NCBI GenBank assembly: GCA_951406725.2
Contig: OX597823.1
Span: forward strand, 112,654,001 to 112,718,000
Reading direction: 5' to 3'
DNA: 64,000 nucleotides
Source: Octopus vulgaris
Taxonomy: Eukaryota
In this document: piece by piece, positions 12,546 to 25,165 of the stretch
Numbering within the stretch: position 1 is the first letter of the stretch
Layout of the letters: each line of letters starts with the position of its first letter
The notes under the pieces: model-generated
Seen by the model: the letters and a program-made list of their open reading frames with translations, nothing else
Databases searched by the model: none
Told to the model about the DNA's origin: nothing
Program-made: the position numbers and the translations under genes

Positions 12546-13662
12546 AGTATATATTTTGTATTTTTGATTTTTGAAATTTTGATTTTGACTCTTGAACTAG
12601 TATGTAAATGTGACGATGGATTTGTTTCGTGCTATGCAGATTTCATTCCGTATAGCAAAGTCTTATATTTCTACATATACATTAGGAAAAACCTTCGGCT
12701 TTGTTTATTTCATGTTATTGTATTGTATAGGATTACCTTGATTTTTAATTTATAGATGATCCAAAATAAGGTGTTATATTTTATATGTCTTTCGTGTATT
12801 TTTCATTATTGCACTCACCTTTTTTTAAAAAGCAATGTTGTCATAAATTATAATTTTGATATAAATATGTGTATAGCCATGGATATGTATTTGTAAGCAT
12901 GCGTATCTGTGTATGTGTAAGTGAGCGTATGTTTGTGCTTAAGCACACACATACACGACTGTATGTGTATGTATCCATTCGAACTTGTGTATTTGTATAC
13001 TTGTCTCCATATATGTCAATAACGCGGTTACACAGCTTGTTACATAATTTTTCTTATTTCGTTTTTTTCCCCACCCCTCCTTTTTCTTTTTTCCTTCCCC
13101 CTTCTTCGTTCCTTTTTCTCTCTCTTCCTTTCTTTCGTTTTTTTCTCTAACTGATACTGATACAACTTTACGTCCCCCTTACTTAAGCTTTACTCAGTAA
13201 ATGAGAAACGCTACATCGATGATTTTAACTTGCGTGCAAGATAGATTGCGTACATATATGTATGCATGCATTTGTGTGTATATTTTATATTTATATTTAT
13301 ACGTCTGTATATGTATGGCGTTTGCATGCATCCTTCTGTGTATGTTGTTATATATATGTACACTTTAATATGAATATGTATTGTAGTGTAATATTTATAA
13401 TAAGTTTTAATTTCTATGCATTAATTATATTTTCTTCATTAACGTCAATATGTATTTTATTCAATGTAAGGTTTTTTCCTCGAATTTTATAATTTTTTAA
13501 AATAATTTTTATAATTTTTTATATATATATACATATATTTTTGAGCTCTGTTTTGTTTATCGCTCGATAAAGGGCCAATCAAACAAGTCCATTTTTTTAA
13601 AAAGGTGTAGCGTTTGTAAGAGTCTGGATTGAATTGATATATCGGTTCCATTCTAGCAAAAA

Positions 13663-13700
13663 CTGTCTGATGAATGGCAACGAGAAACTCAGAGTAACAG
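13663..13700 (+). ncRNA. Minimal type I hammerhead ribozyme in 3' pLTR
   Basis: ctgt-CTGATGA-a tg GCAA cg a-GAAA-ctc a gag-TA-acag: core, stem I ctgt/acag, GNRA-capped stem II, stem III ctc/gag, GUA cleavage triplet. Confidence 0.88.
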
Positions 13701-13804
13701 ATTTTGTTGAATTTTCTGCTGCTTTAAATAAAGCATATTACTCTACCACTGGTATTTGAGTACTCTTTTTTCCACCTTGTTTCACATTTATGTGTTTACT
13801 CCGG

Positions 13805-13806
<2 letters not shown>

Positions 13807-13883
<77 letters not shown>

Positions 13884-14000
13884 ATATGTATATATATATA
13901 TATCTATATGTATATATATATATATCTATATGTATATATATATATATCTATATGTATATATATATATATCTATATATATGTATATATATATATCTATATG

Positions 14001-14039
<39 letters not shown>

Positions 14040-14154
14040 CTATATGTATATATATATATATGTATATATATATCTGTATGTATATATATATATATGTATA
14101 TATATATATGTGTGTGTATATCTATATGTATATCTATATGTGTATATCTATATG

Positions 14155-14207
<53 letters not shown>

Positions 14208-14260
14208 GTATATATATAATATTATATATGTATATATATATATATACATATATAAATACG

Positions 14261-14326
<66 letters not shown>
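13807..14326. repeat. Expanded interrupted (TA)n tract, about 520 bp
   Basis: Direct observation; abuts the 3' end of the Naiad element. Confidence 0.95.
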
Positions 14327-14331
<5 letters not shown>

Positions 14332-14981
14332 GGATAAGATCGTTAATTTAAAATAAAATAACGATTTTATCAAGTGGTCAGCATGGAAAAAATAACCTTT
14401 AAAGGTAATAATTATTAAAATTACATCTTAGGGTATCTACGAGATACCACCATGCTGAAAATAGCAGCCACGATCTGACTCCAAAACCACCTTAATTGTC
14501 CATATTGTGTTTGCGATATGGACAATTAAGGTGGTTTTAGAGTCAGATCATGGCTGCTATTTTCAGCATGGTGGTATCTCATAGATACCCTAATTTATAA
14601 TTTTAGCATATATATATATATATATATATACATATATATATACCCTTATAAACACATACTTAATGATTTAATATTGGAAAGAAGTGTTGTTATTGCTGTT
14701 TCTGTTGCATGAAAATAATAAAAAAATTGCTGTTGTAGGTTTCAATTTTTTTTTTTCCTTTCTAACACTTGTGGTTGTTGCTGTACACATTAGTGTTGTT
14801 GTTGTTGCTATTATTATTATTATTATTGGTTATTGTCATTGTTGTTGTAGTTTTGTGCCACAAAAAGAAATATTCCAACAGATTTGACAGTTCTGAGTCT
14901 CTGTTTAATGCACTTAGCAACCATGAGACTTGGATATTTTTTCTTTCAGTTCCATCTTGTTTTTATAGAATTATGTCAGAA

Positions 14982-15015
<34 letters not shown>

Positions 15016-15345
15016 CATTTGCGTAAACACGTGTACACACCTGGTAGTGTTGTGTTACTGCTGTAATGCATTTCCGTCTTTCAGTATATGCTTGTATGTC
15101 ATGCAGGTGAGTGTATAAATGTGTGTGTATGTGTATTCTTTTAATATTCTGTATGATTACGTTATTCTTTGTGTATGTGCTCTGTGTATTTTAGTGTGTG
15201 TGTCTTCATATTTCGGTATGAACGTGTCTATATGTGCACATGTATATATACATATATATACACACATGCATATATATCATAAGAGTGGAATATATGGTAT
15301 TACATCTATTCCATTTTACCTTTATACATAAATATATATATATAC

Positions 15346-15401
<56 letters not shown>

Positions 15402-15420
15402 AATTTGTATGTTTTTTGTT

Positions 15421-15832
15421 ACTTGTTTCAGTCATTTGACTGTGGCCATGCTGGAGCACTGCCTTTAGTCGAGCAAATCGACCCCAGGACTTATTCTTTG
15501 TAAGCCTAGTGCTTATTCTATCGATCGCTCTTGCTGAACTGCTAAGTTACGGGGGACGTAAATACACCAGCATCGGTTGTCAAGCAATGTTGGGAGGACA
15601 AACACAGACACACAAATATATACACACACATACACACACATATATATATATATATATATACACACACATATATACGACGGACTTCTTTCAGTTTCTGTCT
15701 ACCAAATCCACTCACAAAGCTTTGGTTGGCCCGAGGCTATAGTAGAAGACACTTGCCCAAGGTGCCACGCAGTGGGACTGAACCCGGAACCATGTGGTTG
15801 GTAAGCAAGCTACTTACCACACAGCCACTCCT
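15421..15832 (-). mobile_element. SINE family A
   Basis: Match to family A. Confidence 0.9.
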
Positions 15833-16820
15833 ATGGCTATATGTATGAAATATTTTCTTCCTTGCAGTCATCTTCTTTTTCATCGTCATCAATGTCATTA
15901 TATCTGTGATAAATATTTACCATTCGCTGAGCCCTCTAAACATGCTCATGAAATCAGTTTCTTCAGACATTTAGAATTAAAATCTTCAATATGTTCTCAG
16001 TGATGCTTTTTCTTTTAAGAGTATAGGTAGTAGGCTGAGAGGTATTTAGCTGCTAATTCTAGCAGCTGAATGAGTTGCATAGGAGCTCTCTTAACTCACG
16101 ATATAGTTGTATATCTCAGGCCAATAAAAGAAATACACAGAACGCTGTGTGCTTGAGAAGTTTGCTTCCCAACCACATGGTTTCGGGTTCAAACCCACTG
16201 CATGGCACCTTGGGCAAATATCTTCCACTTGCGAGCGGATTTGGTAGATGGAAATTGAAAGAAGCCTATTGTTTATGTGTGTGTGTGTGTGTGTCACACC
16301 GTCTCCGTGCTGTAACTTTGTGTGGTAGTTGTAAACGTGTTTTACTGACTGCAAGCAATGTCCTTCATTTTTGGTCTTCCATGAAAACATGTCAGCCATT
16401 GGGAAATATTATCATACTTGGAAACAGGTAAGGGTTGGTGATAGGAAGAGCATCTGACCACAGGAAATCCCTCTCTGTCAACAAATTCTGTCCAATCTAT
16501 GCAAGCATGGAAACATGGAAAAGTGTACATTGAAGTAATGATGATTATATAAAACATCAGGCTCACAGTCATGAGGTATTGAGTTCAATTCCTGGACTGG
16601 GCTGTGTTGTGTTCTTGAGCAAGATACTTTACTTCACATTGCCTCAGTTCACACATCTGTAAAAATGAGTTGTGATGTCACTGGTGCCAAACTGTATTGG
16701 CCCCTTTGCCTTACCCTCGGATAACATTGGTGACATGGAGTGGTACGCATGGCCGACTGCATGGAGGTGCAATCCCATGGTCATTCATGACTGAAAGAGG
16801 TTGGGTAGGTGGGCCGGATC

Positions 16821-16870
<50 letters not shown>

Positions 16871-16872
<2 letters not shown>

Positions 16873-17262
16873 CGCAGGAGTGGCTGTGTGGTAAGTAGCT
16901 TGCTTAACAACCACATGGTTCTGGGTTCAGTTCCACTGCATGGCATGTTGAGCAAGTGTCTTCTACTATAGCCTCTGGCCGACCAAAGTCTCGTGAGCGG
17001 ATTTGGTAGATGGAAACTGAAAGAATCCCATCGTATATATGTATATGTATATATATGTGTGTGTGTTTGTGTGTCTGTTTGTCACCCCAACATCGCTTGT
17101 CAACCGATGCTGGTGTGTTTATGTCCCTGTAACTTAGCGGTTCAGCAAAATTGACTGATAGAATAAGTACTAGGCTTACAAAGAATATGTCCTAGGGTCG
17201 ATTCTCTCGACTAAAGGTGGTGCCCCAGCATGGCTACAGTCAAATGACTGAAACAAGTGAAA
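16871..17262 (+). mobile_element. SINE family A
   Basis: Match to family A; tail directly joined to an RTE 3' end. Confidence 0.9.
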
Positions 17263-17582
17263 GAGGACTGCCAACATCTGTGTGGACACGTGGGAGGAAA
17301 CAGCTGCTGACCGCTCTGCCTGGCGTCGGACGGTGAGGAAAGGCGTTTCCATGGCTGAGGAAAGGAGAGCACAATTGTGGTTGGACAGGCGGGACAGGAG
17401 GAGGACAACTGCAGCAACACCCCACACGTACCCATCGATGTTCGTGTGCAGCAACTGTACCAAGGACTGCCACTCTAGAATTGGACTGTTCAGTCACAGC
17501 AGACGCTGCTCATCATCAAAGTAGGCCCCACCCTTGGCGCAACCCATTGTCTATCAAGACAGACGGGGAAGAGAGAGAGAGT
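17263..17582 (+). mobile_element. RTE/BovB-like LINE 3' end
   Basis: DTWEETAADRSAWRRTVRKGV..FVCSNCTKDCHSRIGLFSHSRRC (terminal zinc finger), short 3' UTR ccattgtc..gacagacgg and (GA)n tail. Confidence 0.88.
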
Positions 17583-18017
17583 ATGTATATATGTATATTT
17601 TAGTTCAGAGTAGTTTGCATGGACTTTTGTGTGTTGTCAAATTAGATTAAAACAATACAAAGTGAATGAAATACAAAAGTGAAGACAGAACTCCCGTTCA
17701 TGGTTTACCTGATGTTCCTTTGTTATTTCGGAGTTAGAAAACCTTCATCAAGTCACACAGAGAAATGGGAGATGTTATAAAGCTGTTACCTTGCTCTGGT
17801 ATGTGGAAGTGAATAGGGAAATGCACAGACTGATGTAATAGCAGCCGGTCTTTGTCCTATAGTTCTTGTCTGCTGTTTAACGAAGGTTCAAACTTATTAC
17901 CTAAGCGGTTCAGTTTTGTAGCGATTTCATATTAGTCTGTAGAAGTTATGTTGCAGTCAGGTCACAGTTACGTCAGCAATCATGTTGCCATCATGTAGTA
18001 GTCATGTGGCAGTTATA

Positions 18018-18258
18018 TAGCATTCATGTGGCAGTCCTAGTAACATATTGTGGTAGTATTAGTAGCATTCATGTGGCAGTCATAGTAACATATCATGGTA
18101 GTATTAGTAGCATTCATGTGGCAGTCATAGTAACATATCGTGGTAGTATTAGTAGCATTCATGTGGCAGTCATAGTAACATATTGTGGTAGTATTAGTAG
18201 CATTCATGTGGCAGTCATAGTAACATATTGTGGTAGTATTAGTAGCATTCATGTGGTA
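18018..18258. repeat. 45-bp minisatellite, about 5 copies
   Basis: Unit agtagcattcatgtggcagtcatagtaacatattgtggtagtatt, nearly identical copies. Confidence 0.95.
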
Positions 18259-18470
18259 GGAATAAATTGATTTACCACAGCAATCGCTCCTTTGTAAATC
18301 TCCCTCCATTTCTTATTGTACCATTGTGTGGAATCATATTTATATTTTACTTATTATAAACAAGTGTTTCTTTCTGGAAAACTCTTTCGGTTGTTCTCTT
18401 TTCTTCTCTACAAAATACAGCCAAATGTCTGACCAATCCCGAAACAGACAATCCATCGAAAGCAATCTAC

Positions 18471-18534
<64 letters not shown>

Positions 18535-19217
18535 TATTTGTTGTAAGACATTTGTTTGTTTCTGGTAGTTTTGCCGATTTTTCATTGGAACCGTTGCCAG
18601 CATTTCTGCTGGCGAAAAACTTTTGCCTCTTCATCCCTCCACCCTACCACAGACACCACCAGAAGCACTACTACCACCACCAACAACCAACAACAACACC
18701 AACACCACCACTGTTACTACCACCGCTACTGTCATCATCACCACCACCACCACGGCCAAAACTAAGACTCCTAACTTGACAATCCCGTATCGTCATACCA
18801 TCACCACAGTCAGCATCACTGCCATTATCATCATTATCATCATCAGCATCATCATCACTGTTCTGACAATGCTTTGCATTCTTTTGGTGCTTGGTAATCT
18901 TCTTTTGGCAGTGGTCTCATGTTGCTGTTCTTGCCAAGAATTCTAAGACTCTCACATTCTCTCTTTCTCTTATCCTTTCTCTTCTCTCTCTCTGTCTCTA
19001 TCTTACTTCCAACTCTATTCCTCACCCGCCACCATCCCTGTTTCTATAGAGTAGTGCCTGCCTGTTTGGTAAATGCCACAAGAAAAACAACTGAAGTCAT
19101 AATCGGACATCTAAACTGAAGTTAACCATTCCTTCCCTGCAACCATTTCTTATCATCATCTGAAGTATCTGTCTGTATGTGTATGCTTGAGCTATATGTG
19201 TGTGTATGTGTTTTTTA

Positions 19218-19249
<32 letters not shown>

Positions 19250-19650
19250 CCACAAGTGTACATATGTTTTTAAATAAAAAACTATACTTATAAAATAGAT
19301 ATTACAAAATAACACACGCGCACACACACACATGTATCTGTATGTGTGTGCATATGTATGCATGAAACGTGTGTATGTATATTGCTCTGTGTGTTTATGC
19401 GTTTAAATATACTTTTACATGTGCAAACAAATACGCATTAATGCGTAAGCTTATGCATCTGGAATCATAGGTGCATTAATGGATATGTAAGTTTGGCCAT
19501 ACATGCATGCATACATACATACATGTTCATACAATACACACACACACACACATATATGAGTGTGTATGTGTGTGTGTATTTGTGAGTGTATATGTGTTTG
19601 TGTATGTACATATGTGTATGTATATATCTTTATGTCTATCTATATACGTG

Positions 19651-19682
<32 letters not shown>

Positions 19683-19827
19683 CACATATATTTATAAATA
19701 CATATATAGGTACATGTGTGTATATATATATAATTATTCCATACATGAAAACACAAAGAGAAAACACAAGGACGTGGAACAAGTATAGTGTTATTGGACA
19801 CCCAGGAAAGGAAAGAAAGAAGGAGGA

Positions 19828-19860
19828 TTTAACCTTTCGAGTGGAGCTCTTCGTCAGAAA
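19828..19860 (-). ncRNA. Minimal hammerhead-like motif within a PLE-derived pLTR remnant (about 19740-19932)
   Basis: Reverse complement reads ttt-CTGACGA-a gag ctcca ctc-GAAA-gg t-TA-aa. The element is flanked by (TA)n. Confidence 0.65.
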
Positions 19861-19958
19861 CACAGTAAAAGGAAAGGTCCAAGGAAGGGAAGACGGAGAA
19901 AGATAATCGCCAACGATACACATGCGGTTACATATATATATGTGTGTGTGTGTATATT

Positions 19959-20016
<58 letters not shown>

Positions 20017-20036
20017 TATATATATATATATGCATG

Positions 20037-20074
<38 letters not shown>

Positions 20075-20361
20075 ATATTAGTGTCCATCTTCCAAGTGAG
20101 CTGGACAGTTTGATAGGCTTCAAGATCTGCTTTGGCATGGTTTCTATGGATTGATGCTCTTCCTAATGCCGACCACTTCATAAAGTGTATTGAGTGCATT
20201 TGTTTATGACACCAGCACTAGTGAGCTCACTCGTGGCTTTATGCCACATGATGAGAGTATAAAGTGAGGTAGAAGGACAGAAACAGATGCCTTGCGATGG
20301 AGGAGACATGTGGCCTTCCCAGCTGGAAAAGGGAGGAACTTGGGAAGTTGGTGATGATATT

Positions 20362-20771
20362 CTCTTTTACTCTTTTACTTGTTTCAGTCATTTGACTGCG
20401 GCCATGCTGGAGCACCGCCTTTAGCCGAGCAAATCGACCCCGGGACTTATTCTTTGTAAGCCTAGTACTTATTCTATCGGTCTCTTTTGCCGAACCGCTA
20501 AATTACGAGGATGTAAACACACCCGCATTGGTTGTCAAGTGATGTTGGGGGGGACAAACACAGACACACAAACATATAAATACACATACATATATATATG
20601 TATATATATACATATATACGATGGGCTTCTTTCAATTTCCGTCTACCAAATCCACTCACAAGGTTTTGGTAGGCCTGAGGCTATAGTAAAAGGCACTTGG
20701 CCAAGGTGCCACGCAGTGGGACTGAACCCGGAACCATGTGGTTGGTAAGCAAGCTACTTACCACACAGCCA
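20362..20771 (-). mobile_element. SINE family A
   Basis: Match to family A. Confidence 0.9.
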
Positions 20772-21219
20772 GTCAAGGTTTCAATGTAATGATATAAGAG
20801 AAAAATGGAACAGGATGAAACAGGGTGAGTGGGTGGGAAAATTGAGAGTGAATGAAGGATGATTGAAGGATAGTGATTGGAATTGAGGAGAATGCAGTAA
20901 ATGGTGAAAATAGGTGATGGTTTGGTCTGTGGGGAAGCTCAGTTTGGAGGGAAAAGGTGGCAGGAATCAGACTGAGTCAGGGAGGTGATAGGTATCAGTA
21001 CAAATGATGTGAAGTGAGTGTGTAAGAGAGAGATGTGCATTGACAGGAATGAGATGAGAGATAGATTGCAGTGGAAATAGTGACATACCAGGATGGAGGG
21101 AGATGCTGGCAGATATGAAGAGGTGTAGAAGAGTAAGGGGGAGGGGAAAAGTGGTGTTTGGTGGAAAATAAGGTGGTATGGGATCAAATGCTATTGAGAA
21201 TGCAGGGGACAAAAGGAAG

Positions 21220-21505
21220 TGGTTGCCAGAAAAAGGTAACCATTAGCAACAAGTACAGCAATGAATTTAGTGTGTTGGTCAGAGTTCACCAGGGCTTGGA
21301 TTTTACTTTCTCCTATTTATCATAGTCCTCTGGCCCATAACAGAAGAATTTAAGATTGATTGCCCGTGGGAACTCCTCTGCTGATGGCCTTGTTCTTATA
21401 ACTGAATTTATAGTAGAATTAGAAAAGAAATTCCAAGTACTTAAGGAAAATTGGAATCGGAGGGCCTTAAAGTTAACTTAGCAATGACCAGAGTCCTAGC
21501 AAGAA
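21220..21505 (+). mobile_element. Degenerate RTE LINE RT-core fragment
   Basis: Frameshifted translation KYSNEFSV.VRVHQG..LFIIVL..ITEEFKIDCPWELL(Y)ADGLVLI..LESEGLKVNLA, i.e. the QG and YADD regions. Confidence 0.75.
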
Positions 21506-21526
21506 TGAAAACAGACAGGATATGAA

Positions 21527-21855
21527 TCATCATCATCATCATCATTTGTTTAACGTCTGTTTTCCATGCTAGAATGGGTTGGACAGTTTGACCGAGGTCT
21601 GGGAAGCCAGGAGGCTGCACCAGGCTCCAGTCTGATTTGGCAGTGTTTCTTCAGCTGGATGCCCTTCCTCACGCCAACCACTCCATGAGTGTAGTGGATG
21701 CTTTTTACATTCCACCGGCACAGGGGCCAGAGGAGGCTGGCAACGGCCACGATTGGTTGGTGCTTTTTATGTGCCACCAGCATGGAAGCCAATCAAGGTG
21801 GAGCTGGCATTGGCGGCTGGTTCAGATGGTGCTTTTTACGTGCCACCAGCACATG
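21527..21855 (-). mobile_element. Retroposon family C
   Basis: Reverse-complement match. Confidence 0.85.
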
Positions 21856-21959
21856 TCAGGAAAATAAACCTGATTGGTATGTAGAGGAGGTGTAGGTAGA
21901 AATTCCATATGTTGACAAGTATAAACTATGAACATATAAGAGGTGCATTGGAGGAAGGT

Positions 21960-22330
21960 TGAGTGGCTGTGTGGTCAGTAGCTTGCTTCCAAAACCACAT
22001 GGTTCCGGGTTCAGTCACACTGCGTGGCACCTTGGGCAAGTGTTTTGCACTATAGCCTTGGGCCGACCAAAGCTTTGTGAGTGGATTTGGTAGATGGAAA
22101 CTGAAAGAAGCCCATCATATATATGTATATATATGTATGTGTGTATATGTTTGTGTGTCTGTTATTGTCCCCCAACATAGTTTGACAACCGATGCTGGTG
22201 TGTTTATGTCCCTGTAACTTAGCGGTTCGGAAAAAGAGACCGATAGAATAAGTACTAGGCTTACAAAGTATAAGTCTTGGAGTCAATTTGCTCGAATAAA
22301 GGCGGTGCTCCAGCATGGCCACAGTCAAAT
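21960..22330 (+). mobile_element. SINE family A, 3' tail lost
   Basis: Match to family A, ending at cagtcaaat. Confidence 0.88.
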
Positions 22331-22632
22331 GGGCCAGAGGACTATGATAAATAGGAGAAAATAAAATCCAAGCCCTAGTGAACTCTGACCTACACACTAA
22401 ATTCATTGCTGTACTTGTTGCTATTGGTCACCCTTTTCTGGGAACCATTTGGGAAGCAGATTTTCTCAAATGTTTGGAGAGGTCCTTAGCTGTAGTAGAT
22501 ATTTTCTTAAGGCTAAGTGATCTAAATAACAACGGAGGAGGATGTTCTTTTTTGAAGTAAAGTTTCTAGAGTAAGGAGTAGCTGGAGAATGTTTAGTGAG
22601 CTATCACCTCCATTGGCAACAAAAGGTTTGTC

Positions 22633-22980
22633 TCGTTGCCAGAGCAGCCAACTGGCTTCCGTACCAGTGGCACGTAAAAGGGTACCATTCGAGCGTGATC
22701 GTTACCAACATCGCATCACTGGCACCTGTGCCGGTGGCATGTGTAAAAAGATTCGAGCGAGGTCGTTGCCTGTACCGCCTGACTGGCCTCCCGTGACGGT
22801 GACACGTAAAAAGCAGCCACTACACTCTCGGAGTGGTTGGCATTAGGAAGGGCATCCGGCTGTAGAAACTCTGCCAGATGAAGATTGGAGCCTGGTGCAG
22901 CCATCTGGTTCACCAGCCCTCAGTCAAAATTGTCCAACCCATGCTAGCATGGAAAGCAGACGTTAAAGGATGATGATGAT
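22633..22980 (+). mobile_element. Retroposon family C
   Basis: Match, with (GAT)n tail. Confidence 0.85.
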
Positions 22981-23420
22981 TGAAAGGTAGATTGTATGAT
23001 GCTTGCATATGCACAGCAATGCTGGGTGGTAGTGTAACTTGGTCTGTAAATGCAGTTGACATGCAAAGATTAGAAAGGAATTAAGCTAGCATCCTCCACA
23101 GGATGTGCAGCATCAATTTACATGTAAGACAATGTGCAATTGTATTGAGAGAAAAAAACTGGGCATAAAAAGTGTCAAGATGTAGTGTGCAGGAGACGAT
23201 GGTGCACTGGTATGGTCATGTAAGGAATATAGATGTGGACAGTAGCATGAATAAGTGCCAATTATTGATGTCGATAGAAACTGTGGAAGAAAGGAATCCG
23301 GGAAGACAGACAAACTGGTAAAGACTGACCCCAGGATGTTGGGTCACATGACAAAGGAGATGACAAAGGACCAAGAGGATTGGCTATTTGCTGTGCTCAA
23401 GAGGACCTGTTCATCTTGGC
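22981..23420 (+). mobile_element. Degenerate RTE LINE 3' fragment
   Basis: Homologous to 7905-8300 (ctggtatggtcatgt.., ctgtggaaga.., gctgtgct..agaagacc). Confidence 0.7.
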
Positions 23421-24144
23421 AAAAAATATGATCCTGAAAACGTATCACCCATGTCTCTGCTCCCACATTCAATTTGTCACAGTCAAGCCCCCCCCCCCCC
23501 AACTCCTCTTCCTAACATCCCATCCTCCATCTTCCTTCTCAGTCCAGCACTATTTACGCAGCTGCTGTAGTTACATGGGAGCAGAATTGCACTTATTCCA
23601 TTACCTTTTTTTTTGTGCTACTAGTTATCCCCTTCCTGGGAACTGCTCCCTTTGTTACCCATCCCAAATTCTTAATATCTCACCATACCACTTTATTTGT
23701 CATTGAATACCTTCTCATGTTTGCTATCATCCTCCCTACTGTTTGCTACTCTCTGTACCCACCCCTATGTATCTCTGACTGCCATCACTGTCACTGTGCA
23801 TCCCTTTCTCATCATCCTGACCCATACACTTTACATCATCTTCCTATTTCTCATCTGACTTATAATTTTATTATATTGCTGCTCTCCCCCTTTCCCCTCT
23901 ATGTATTCCCTATATATCACATGCTCATGTTGACCCTGTCATTTCTTACCACACATGAACTTCTCCACTGGACTCTCTATCTACCCTTTACAGATTCTCT
24001 TTTGGACATTTACCCTCCGGCTGCACCTCTCCTACCTACAGATCACTGTGAACTCTACTCTTGATGAGAAATCCTTGCAATACACCACGACATCAAAACC
24101 TTTGAACTTTACGTAAAACTGTCTCCTTGTTTTTTCTGTGTCCC

Positions 24145-24178
24145 TTTCTGTAGAAGAGCGTACACTCGAAACGTAAAA
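24145..24178 (+). ncRNA. Minimal hammerhead-like motif with variant core (CUGUAGA) in pLTR remnant (about 24116-24244)
   Basis: ttt-CTGTAGA-a gag cgtaca ctc-GAAA-cg-TA-aaa. Flanks are homologous to 60056-60220. Confidence 0.6.
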
Positions 24179-24751
24179 TACTTTTTCTATTCCTGAGCAT
24201 TATACTAATACATCTGTTTGTTTTGTACACCACCTGTCTTCGTCCCTATTATAATATCTCTCTCTCTCTTCCTGATACCCACTCCTATTTTCCTTCACCT
24301 TAACCCCAGACTGAGATCCACCACTGACCACACATGTAGGAATGATTGACATGTAGATATGACAGAGGTATAAGTCTAATGCACATGTTGTAGATATAAC
24401 TCATGCACATGCTGGTACCATAATAAAACACGGCCGGTACACTCTATTAAGTGGACTGTGAAGGAGTAGAGAAAACTTAGGGTCCAGAGAATCCTTTAGT
24501 CATATCTTCTGAAGGTCATAACATTTCTGGGGTTAGAACCATGATAAACTGCATCCAGTACACTTCATAAAGGGTGTGATGGTATGAAAGGCATCTTGTC
24601 ATGAAAGTATGAAAATGAGACATAAAAACACCAGTTGATGAAGGCAGTGAGTCCTAATAACTGACTCAGACTTTGATGATCCATCCAACCTATGTAAGCG
24701 TCAAAGACAAACATAAGATAATTATGATTATGATTAAGTTGATATGATAAA

Positions 24752-25165
24752 GGTGCAGGAGTGGCTGTGTGGTAAGTAGCTTGCTAACCAACCACATGGT
24801 TCTGGGTTCAGTCCCACTGCGTGGCATCTTGGGCAAGTGTCTTCTGCTATAGCCCCGGGCCGACCAAAGCCTTGTGAATGGATTTGGTAGACGGAAACTG
24901 AAAGAAGCCTGCCGTATATATGTATGTATATATATATATATATGTGTGTGTAGCTGTTTGAGTGTCTGTGTTTGTCCCCCTAGCATTGCTTGACAACCGA
25001 TGCTGGTGTGTTTATGTCCCCGTCACTTAGTGGTTCGGCAATAGAGACCGATAGAATAAGTACTGAGCTTACAAAGAATAAGTTCCGGGGTCGATTTGCT
25101 CGACTAAAGGCGGTGCTCCAGCATGGCCGCAGTCAAATGACTGAAACAAGTAAAAGAGAAAGAGA
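24752..25165 (+). mobile_element. SINE family A
   Basis: Match to family A. Confidence 0.9.

Larger units (their letters stand above)
10641..13806 (+). mobile_element. Penelope-like retroelement (Naiad-type), 5'-truncated, with inverted 5' pLTR and 3' pLTR, inserted in (TA)n
   Basis: Contains an RT+GIY-YIG ORF. 10641-10773 is the reverse complement of 13601-13733 (2 mismatches seen). Both repeats carry hammerhead motifs, and (TA)n flanks both sides. An inverted 5' pLTR on a truncated copy is typical of PLEs. Confidence 0.93.

Noticed and set aside
10860-13600. Selenoprotein/SECIS feature reported for some Naiads
   Set aside because: No in-frame TGA in the ORF (Cys codons are TGC/TGT, stop is TAG), and no SECIS recognised by eye in the 3' UTR.
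13756-14373. Long YI/IY-repeat ORFs (also at 31.6-32.0 kb, 39.2-39.8 kb and others)
   Set aside because: Translations of (TA)n/(TG)n microsatellites that lack stop codons by composition.
17715-17760. Degenerate hammerhead-like motifs on the minus strand here and at about 40622-40662
   Set aside because: Core nucleotides are mutated (TTGATGA; CAAA instead of GAAA) and the stems are incomplete, so they cannot be supported without a family consensus.
18018-18258. CRISPR-like regular repeat
   Set aside because: Head-to-tail 45-bp units with no unique spacers, in a eukaryotic context with no cas genes.
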